DNA from: the human T2T-CHM13v2.0 reference genome, Homo sapiens
Length of the DNA stretch: 64,000 nt
Direction: 5' to 3' (one strand)
Assembly: GCF_009914755.1 (NCBI RefSeq)
Contig: NC_060935.1
Part shown: positions 54,525 to 64,000 of the stretch, piece by piece
Numbering within the stretch: the first letter of the stretch is position 1
How the letters are laid out: every line of letters begins with the position of its first letter
Translations under genes and position numbers: made by a program
The notes under the pieces: model-generated
What the model was told of the DNA's origin: nothing
Databases searched by the model: none
What the model saw: the letters and a program-made list of their open reading frames with translations, nothing else

Positions 54525-54690
54525 AGCAGGAAAGAAAGAAGAAAGGAAGGAAGGGAAGGAGGTATAGGAAGGAAGGAAGGGAAGAAGGTAGAGGAAGGAA
54601 GAAAGGAAGGAAGGAAGAAAGGAAGGAAGGAAGGAAAAGAGGGAGGGAGGGAGGGAAGGAGGGAGGGAGGGAGGGAAGGAGGGAAGGAGA
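54525..54690. repeat. GA-rich (GGAA/GGAG)n simple repeat
   Basis: Seen directly. Confidence 0.9.
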
Positions 54691-54745
54691 GAATATAACC
54701 TAGCCAAGGAAAGAATCCCCTATATAATTAATTCTATAAGAAATA

Positions 54746-55032
54746 AGCCTGGTATGGTGGCTCCTGCCTATAACCTCAGCACTTTGGGAGACTGAGATAG
54801 GAGGACTGCTTGAGCCCAGAAGTTGAAGACCCACCTAGGCAACATAGGGAGACCTCAGCTCCACGAAAAAATAAAAATAATTAGCCACTTGTGGCAGTGC
54901 ACACCTGTAGTCCCAGCTATTTGGGAAGCTGAGGCAGGAGGATCACTTGAGCCCTGGAAGTGAGCTGTGATGGTGCCACTGCACTCCAGCCTGGGCAAGA
55001 GAGCAAGACCCTGTCTCAAAAAAAAAAAAAAG
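54746..55032 (+). mobile_element. Alu (AluJ-like)
   Basis: Dimer with A-tail. Confidence 0.88.
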
Positions 55033-55418
55033 TAAAAAGTTGTACACGAATTAAGCAGAAGGTGCTTGCTTACTTTAGGTGTTTCCTTTAGAAAAAACTC
55101 ATAGATAAAGTAGCAGATAAAGTGAGCCTGGAATGATCTGGAAATGGAGGAAAATTGCTTCTTGGCCTTTTGGCTAAGAACAAGGGTGGAAATGGAGGAA
55201 AATTCAGTAACAGAGTATACAAGTATGCAGAGTCAAGAAAGACTCTATATGGAAAACGTCAAAGAGTTACTTTTTATTGAAATAAAAGGTATGTGAAGGG
55301 TAATAATGGAAAATAAAAAATAAAGTTGTGAAAAGATAGGTTGGAGTCCAGTCATAGAAGACCATTAGTCTGTAGCTAAGGTGCTTAGAGCTTATTCCAT
55401 TGTTGGTGGAAAGCCATG

Positions 55419-55781
55419 TGATATGGTCTGGCTGTGTCCCCAACCAAATCTCATCTTGAATTGTAACTCCAACAATTCCCACATGTCGTGGGAAGAACCC
55501 AGTGGGAGGTGATTGAATTATGGGGGTGGGTCTTCCCTGCGCTGTTCTCATGATAGTGAATGAGTCTCATGAGATCTGATGGTTTTAAAAATGGTAGTTT
55601 CCCTGCACAAGCACTTTTTTTGCCTGCTGCCTTCCACGTAAGACATGACTTGCTCCTCCTTACCTTCTGCCATGATTGTGAGGCTTTCCCAGCCACGTGA
55701 AACTGTAAGTCCATATTAAACCTCTTTTTCTTTCCAGTCTCTGGTATGTCTTTATCAGCAGTGTGAAAACAAACTAATACA
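55419..55781 (+). mobile_element. THE1 solo LTR
   Basis: TGATATGGTCTGGCTGTGTCCCC...AACTAATACA; no clean TSD visible. Confidence 0.9.
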
Positions 55782-56094
55782 CTAGTTTCTACAAAACATT
55801 TTAAATAAATTTTACATACTTAAATAAAACGTTAAATGTTTATTATAGAAAATTTAGAATATATAAAAAAGTACAAAGAAGAAAATAAATCTTTTATAGT
55901 CATGACCCAAAAAGAAAAACACTACTAACAGTATTAACTATGTATTTCCTCTAATTTCTTTATACCTGTGTATTCTTTTTCACATCATGCTGATCATGGG
56001 AGTTTATAAAATTTCATCTATATTTTCCACAATTTTGAATATCACTAGCTGGACAGAAGTACTAACAAGGCAACATATTCCATCTGAATTATAG

Positions 56095-57065
56095 GGCCAT
56101 GTTGCTCAGACTGGTTTCAAATTCCTAGGCCTGAGTGATTTGCCCACCTTGGCCCCGCAAAGTGCTAAGATTACAGACATGAGCCACTATGCCTAACAAT
56201 AAAATATTTTGATACTGGTATGCAATATGTAGCAATCACATTGGGGTAAATGGGGGTATTCATCACCTCAAGCATTGATCACTTCCTTGTGTTACAAACA
56301 TTCCAACTTATTGTTTAGTTATTTTAAAATGTACAATAAATTGTTGACTGTAGTCACCCTGTTGTGCTATCAAATACTATATAATATTCATTCTAACTAT
56401 ATTTTTGTACCCATTAACCATACCCACTCCCACTACCCCCCACTACACTTCTCAGCTACTGGTAACCCTCATTCTACTCTCTATCTCCATGAATTTAATT
56501 GTTTTAATTTTTAGATCCCACAAATAAGTGAAAACATGTGAAGTTTGTCTTTCTGTGCCTTGCTTATTTCACTTAATGTAATGTCCTCCAGTTCCGTCAA
56601 TGTTGTTGCAAATGACAGGTCTCGTTCTTTTTCATGGTTGAATGGGACTCCACTGTGTATATGTACTATGTTTTCTTTATCAATTCATCTGTTGACGGAC
56701 ACAGGTTGCTTCCAAATCTTGGCTATTGTGAATAGTGCTGCAGTTAACATGGAAGTGTAAATATCTCTTTGACATGTTGATTTCATTTCCTTTAGATAAA
56801 TATTCAGTAGTGGAATTGCTGGATCATATGGTAGGTCTATTTTTAGTTTTTTGAGAAACTTCCGTACTGTTGTCCATGGTGGTTGTACTAATTTACATCC
56901 TCACCAAGGATGTATGAGGGTTCCCGTTTCTCCACATCCTTGCCAGAATTTGTTATTGCCTGTTTTTTGGGAAAAAAGCCATTTTTACTGGGATAAGATG
57001 ATATCTCATTGTAGTTTTGATTTGCATTTCTCTGATAATCAGTGATGTTGAGCACTTTTTCATAT
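56095..57065 (-). mobile_element. Alu left-arm fragment (~56095-56196) followed by L1MA-like 3' end (~56200-57065)
   Basis: CCATGTTGCTCAGACTGG...GATTACAGACATGAGCC; then GGGTATTCATCACCTCAAGCATT...GATTTGCATTTCTCTGAT. Confidence 0.75.
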
Positions 57066-58479
57066 CACATAGGTTTTCATAGTTGAAATCAGACTATATA
57101 TTCTGATTTTTATGCCTATTTGCCATAGAAACTTTCAAACATTCTAGTTGGAAGGGGAATTAGAATAGAAAAGGGATGAGGCACAGGTAATTTCTGCACG
57201 TGATGGCTCAGTCTTTTTTCATTTATAAAAGCATAATGACTCAGATCACTCCACATGAGTGGTAAAAATGTTGAAATCTATCACTTAAATACTTTGAGAA
57301 TGACAATAGCTTTTATGTGGCTCCAGGCAACTCTGTTTTTATGGAGGGAAAGAGCATTTTGTAATATTCTTGGCACAAATATTCCAGTTATGTAAAACAG
57401 AGTAACATAAAGTTTTCAGTGGTTCTCCAACAGGCAGTATATTTCATCTGGTTGTAGGGTAAAATAATGATGCTTGATAAACAATTTTTCTCATATGAGG
57501 ATTAGAGTGGAAGCAGGAGAACAGGTATGAAAAACATTACGGATAAAGCTTAACTCCAGGCTGTCAAATCCTGAAAAGACACTTTTCAATCAGAAAACTG
57601 ACTTTTTCAAACAAGTTCAGTAAACGTAGCTCCATTAAGCTTTTCATAGCCTGACCTATGCATTCTGGAAATGTTCGCTTTTAGCCAGTTGGCAATTGTG
57701 TGTCTTTATGTAAACGTTTTCCAAAGGTGGTTCAGGAGTGAAATTTACTGATTCCAGCATGTCTGAGAATGTCTTTTGTTAAAATATCCTATGGGAAATA
57801 TCTTAGGTGAATATGACACTCAGTTCACAATCGTTTTTCTCTCTTCCAATATCAAAACCTGTTCAGTAGAGATACAGCTTCAGTGTTTTCTATTATAGTT
57901 GATAGAAAAATATATGTCCTGGACCCTGAGAACAAATATCTTTCTAGATCTTTCAGATGACAAGAGGTTCTTCAGGTTTCGTGAGACAAACATAGACAGG
58001 CTTCTGAATATTTTTTCTAATATAACTTCACTGTTTTTATAAAAACTGGAAAAATCATTCTTAAAAAAAGCTTTTCATTTTATGTGCTCTAGTGCAAGTT
58101 TGGGAAAGGCTGCTTCAGTGGCTACTAAGGAATTGTCCTCTTAGACTGAAAATTTTCTATGTGTTGCTCTTGATCAGATAAATGACATCAGAACTGTGTT
58201 TCTGTGAGATTTATCTGGTGGCAGTGATTGAGATGGATTAGAATGTGAAGCAAATGAAGTTGACTATTTCAGGGGCTGTTATAATCTTCCAAGTGAGGCA
58301 CAAGGGCAACCCGAAGGACTGCAGATATAAGTAAAAAGAATTAAGAAAGGAAAGTGATATTACAGACAGAAAAAGGACAGGCAAGAGTAGAAAGGCATGG
58401 CTTGGCATTGAGGCTTGTGAATTGGGAAGAATTGGAATGAGCTAGTCTGTAGTTAAGGTTGGGGTCCTTTCTTTATGAC

Positions 58480-59050
58480 TTGGCAGATCTTTGTCTGGTG
58501 TGGAAATAAACAAAGACCAACTAAATAGGAAGAAGCAAAGGCTGTTTATTCAGAGCTTGCCATAGCAAGGGTGTCAGCTACTGTTGCTTGTGTTTTGGCA
58601 GAGACTCAAAGACAGGTGAAGGAGAAGGAAAGCTTTATAGTGGAAAAAAATGGGGATAAACTGGAGGCTTTGGAATGGGGATGCTATAGGGAGGCTAACT
58701 AGCTGTAGGCATCCTGTGTGATTGGTTAGGAGGGCATATCTTTCTCTAAGTTGGAAGCAGGGACAAAAATTAGGGATGCTGTCAGTTATTAATCAACTCT
58801 TGGTCATTTGGGGCCAATTGTGATAGAAGTTATTGTTTAGCTTCCTGGATTGTCACTAGAGGTAACAATCTGGCAGTGTGCAAATCTGACTTGCAGCAGG
58901 CTGGCCTGTTTATTGTAGACAATAAATTCGCCTATTTATTGTAGACAAGAGGATTGGTTTCCTGGGCAGTTTGCCGCAGGTTGTGGGTCAAAGTTATATA
59001 TATATGATCTGGCAGTTGTCCATTTGTACATTCAGTTTCTCACTGTAAAA
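58480..59050. mobile_element. Probable old ERV LTR fragment, family not identified
   Basis: TTTATT poly(A)-signal complement, GATTGGTT CCAAT-like boxes and G-rich composition typical of a reversed LTR. Confidence 0.35.
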
Positions 59051-59579
59051 TTGTCTCTTAATTCCATGGCTTAAGCATCTCTGTAAAGGATGAGTCCTGG
59101 GTATTTCCTTGGCTCAATGACCTCTTCTTTTGCTACTCACATAATTTTTGCTTAAACTCCGGAATTCATAAGTGCTTCATTCCAGAGGTTAGATTTCTTC
59201 AAATAGTTTTAACCAGTAATGCTCGTTGCCCTGACAAATCTGTGGTAATGGTCCTAGGCGCCGCTTCACCTCAGCTCTGACACAGCTCATCGTCTTCTGA
59301 GTCATGACTTCATGAATGCTGACACATCCTTTGAATGGGTCACATTATGTAAGAATGACAGAATGAAAGTTTGTGTTGTAGTAACAGCTAAAATTAAGAT
59401 TGGATGTACACCAAGGCAGAGCTCACTCATACAACTCCATAGAGCTGCTGTTGGTGAGCCAGCTTATTCCACATTAACCCATGTGGTGGAAAGAATGGAA
59501 CCAGGGTTCTAAACTTTCATTATATTTTATAGTTTTTGGTAATTAATGACTTTGAATCTTCTCAGAGTGTGTAATGTGG

Positions 59580-60461
<882 letters not shown>

Positions 60462-62750
60462 TAAGTAGCAGAGATGTACAAACATTGTCCAATCAAAACC
60501 AGAACAAACAGAAATAAGAGTTTGCAGTCTTTAGACTTATCTCAACTCCTGCTTCTTATCTGTTTATAACACTTTCTTGGCCTGGACTTAACCCTTTCTA
60601 TAAATTTTATCTTTCAAATTTTCATATTCTTGAAAACAGAAACCTGGAAATGTCTCTTAACTCAGTGTCTAATGGATAATTAGCATCAATTTTCGGGGTA
60701 CCTCTCATCATTTTTCTAACTTCCTTCCCCTCTCTTTAAGCTTGGTCTTCTCTGCCCATCATCTTCCACTGGTGCTGCCCGAATGTGACCCAGTTAGGAC
60801 CCAAGTCTATGTGCAGTCATTATGTGTCACTATGATTCAAAAATACAAAGCCTCCTCATTCACGAAGATTAGTAAATATTCCAAATCCTGGGAAAAGAAC
60901 AAAATCTTTCTGACTGTGAATTTGTAAGCACTCATCAACGTCAACAAAATCCAACTCTAAGGTTCTGAGCATACACATCCAATCCAGTACCTTTGTGGTT
61001 TGATACACATTTCACAATCCTTTTTTGTTTTGAAAGTCATATTTTATTCAATTATAAGATGGGAACATGCTGTTCAAGATCATGAATTTAGAGAATAAGT
61101 GGAAAAACCTCTCCTCAAACCTCACTTACGTTCACATCTCTCTTAGTATTCTCATGGTAACTTGACTGCTCCAAAAATTACAGAGGATGTTGATAATTTA
61201 CCAACTTTTACATTTTGTACCTAATAATTGGGCCAAATAGTATCAAAACATATTCCTTGTTAACTACAAGATTATCAGCCAAAAGAATCTAAGTGCTATA
61301 GTAGAAAAAGCATGGGTTTTGGGGTTAAACAGCCCCCAGTTAGAATCCTAGTTTCTGTACTCAGTAGCTCTGACACCAAACAAATTGCTTATCTTCTCTG
61401 TGCCCCTTTTTCTTCACTCTTAAAAATGGCAATTTAAATGTCTATTTTATGGGCTTGATATAGGTAACAGAAATTATGTAAGAACTTCTCAGAAAATAAT
61501 AAACATGATTATTCATAGCAATCAGATAGCTAGAATGAGGGCAAAAAAAAAATGAGTTATGTCTAACTTTGGATGGGCTTAAGCAGTTGGGAATGAGGGC
61601 AATATGGGGAAAACGAAGAGTGACCACATGAGTTCTCTTCCTTCTCGACAAGTCAGAGTGGTTATTAGGGGATGAATGTACTTAGTGAGGAGGAGAGCAG
61701 CAAAACTGGGAAATTCTGGGTCCAGAAGAAGTTGAGATGTGAAGAAATAAGTTTCTTTCTTTATTTATTTCAGCCTACTAAGTGTCAGAGGCTTTACCTA
61801 CTTAATTCTCAGAACAAATCTAAAAGGCAGGTATTGTTTTCCCTGAGAGTCAAAGAGGTCAATAACTTGTCTAAGATCACACAGTGAGTCACAGAGCAGA
61901 TTTTCTAACTTATCAAAATTGTGGACTTTGTATAACCAGTCACTGCCCGGAACTCTGCCTTTCAAGATATTTGCAACAGGTTGAGACAAGCCACACCTTC
62001 ACTTCCTGCAATATAGCAGACGATATATTCTGAAGGACTGTTTCACCATGAAACAACTACAATCTTTTTTTTTTAATTAGGTAAGCACTCAAATTACTTT
62101 TATCTAATAAAATAAGCAGGAATTTTAAGCGTTTGCTGTTTCATCTTATACGTTATTTTTCCTGGGCCTTCATTTATAGGGTATAAAACTTTAAGGAAAC
62201 ATTCTCAACTAACATTCTTATTAGATGTAAATGATTCATATTACAAATAATACTAACGTAAGCATTGTCATTACTTTTAAAATTCAAGTTTCTCAAAGTT
62301 TTATTTTTACTTAATACAAAAATGACCTGGTTCACACTATCAGCTGCCCAACAAACTGTTTAAAAAAAATTCTTTGTTAAAGAGCAGATTACAAGAAATG
62401 CTTTCCATCTCTTATTTAAAAAAAAGAAGATTCTGATACACATAATGAATCTAAATCAAAATTCATAAGTGGTGGCTGAAATCCTGTCAACTTTCAGTCC
62501 AATACTATAGAAATCCACAGTTATAATGCATAAACAATTCAAAATTAAAGTTTATAGTGGAAATGTCAACAAGTCATAACTAGTACACATTATTACTGAT
62601 GAGTTGCACTATACTTCAAGCACAGTAGATGTGCATATCTGATAGACAGACTGCTTAGAAAATTAAAGCTATCAGAGCTATAAAAAAGGAATACACAAAT
62701 ATGAACATAGCAATGCCAAAGGATTTGAGCCGTTAAAAAAAAGTGAATAA

Positions 62751-62984
62751 TGAGGTCAAGAGATCGAGAGCATACTGGCCAACATGGTGAAACCCCATCT
62801 CTACTAAAAATACAAAAATTAGCCAGGTGTGGTGGCTGGCACCTGTAATCCCAGCTACTCAGGAGGCTGAGGCAGGAGAATCACTTGACCTGAGAGGTGA
62901 AGGTTGCAGTGAGCTGAGATCGTGCCACTGCACTCCAGCCTGGTGACAGAGTGAGACTCTGTCTCAAAAAAAAAAAAAAAAAAA
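62751..62984 (+). mobile_element. 5'-truncated Alu (AluSc-like)
   Basis: Starts at GAGGTCAAGAGATCGAG; TSD AAAAGTG(A/G)ATAA on both sides. Confidence 0.88.
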
Positions 62985-63299
62985 GTGGATAAGATGTGAT
63001 GTAAACACATCTGATAGATCTCTCTGTAAGCCACTGTCCACTGATTTATAAAGCTATGGTTTTATAATTCTTTTAAAAAGGAATTTTTTTCTACACTGAT
63101 GCATACAGTAATTTCATTGTACATTCTTGACTACAACACAATCTTCAAATCCTCTTGCAGAGCTTGTATGTATCATCAGAATTTCTCCAGAAAGTCAGCT
63201 TGCCATATTTTCAGCAGCCTGTGACAGAAAAGAACTTCTTAAACATGGCACTGTAGAATAATAGGCTGATTAATTTAAGTACATCAAAATTAATTTCAA

Positions 63300-63950
63300 A
63301 TGATGTCAGCTGGGATGGTAGAGTAAGGACCTTTAAAATGTCCTTTTCCATAAAAACAAGAACATTGGCAGAAACAAAAAGTCAAAATCAACTTTTTCAG
63401 AATCCTGAAAATGAATCAACTGCATACAACAATCTTGGCAGCAAAAAAAGTGGCTCAATGTTCAGAGAGCTGCTCAACGGTGGTCTTGTAAATGAACAAC
63501 CCACAATTACAATGAAAACAAGCAACCTAGCAGCTGCTGGCATCCAAATAAGGTAAGAGCTCTTTCAAAGCCCTATCCGAAGAATTGTCATTATTTGACC
63601 TGTCTGCCGGTTTCCTGGAAAACACCACTCACAAGGCTTGTTTTTATTTAACCTGATTCAGAACACACCCAGTGCAATCAACATTTTCCCAGGTCATTTG
63701 TCAAAAACAATCAGCAGTAGTTGTTTAACATCATAGCTGCCCGAGCAGTTAAACATTTGATAATTCCAAAATGTAGTCATTCCACATTTAGGAATATACC
63801 ATACAGAAACTCTTGCATTTATGTTTTGTAAGTTGGATGGAAATCTACTGCCTCATCTGTAATAGCAAAAGACCAGAAATAACCCAGATGGTCATTGGAC
63901 AGTAGAGTGGATAAATTGTAGTATATTCATATAATGTTTTATAACTTTAT
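63300..63950 (+). mobile_element. Old L1M fragments
   Basis: GATGGTAGAGTAAGGACC...AATCAACTTTTTCAGAA resembles an L1M 5' region; ATTCCACATTTAGGAATATACC...GGATAAATTGTAGTATATTCAT resembles an L1M 3' region. Confidence 0.5.
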
Positions 63951-64000
63951 TAAGCATTCAAACATATAAAATGCTACAACTATACTTAGTATTATCAAAT

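Overview
Human (or very close primate) genomic DNA from the matrix-metalloproteinase cluster (recognised as 11q22). On the minus strand are MMP1 exons 1-7 with its promoter (exons 8-10 lie left of the window) and the complete 10-exon MMP3 gene (1434-nt CDS, 477 aa) with promoter and poly(A) signal. The ~37 kb between them holds two processed pseudogenes. One is a minus-strand CK1-alpha retrocopy (CSNK1A1P2) from the short 325-aa isoform. The other is a plus-strand WTAP retrocopy (WTAPP1) from the short isoform, split by a MER6 DNA transposon yet still CpG-rich. There is also a full-length inactivated L1PA, a two-LTR THE1 element, three THE1 solo LTRs, many Alus/MIR/L2 and simple repeats. The haplotype shown carries MMP1 -1607 1G, MMP3 5A and MMP3 Lys45. 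The most unusual observations are: (i) a set of plus-strand splice and poly(A) signals that could build an antisense transcript across the MMP1 start codon, the L1 antisense promoter, the WTAP retrocopy and the MMP3 3' end; (ii) an L1-THE1-L1 templated mosaic apparently copied from neighbouring elements; (iii) an 80-bp unique-sequence copy dropped into a microsatellite 2.5 kb from its source. I found no evidence for a new protein-coding gene. Repeat subfamily names are from recall of consensus sequences and their boundaries are approximate.
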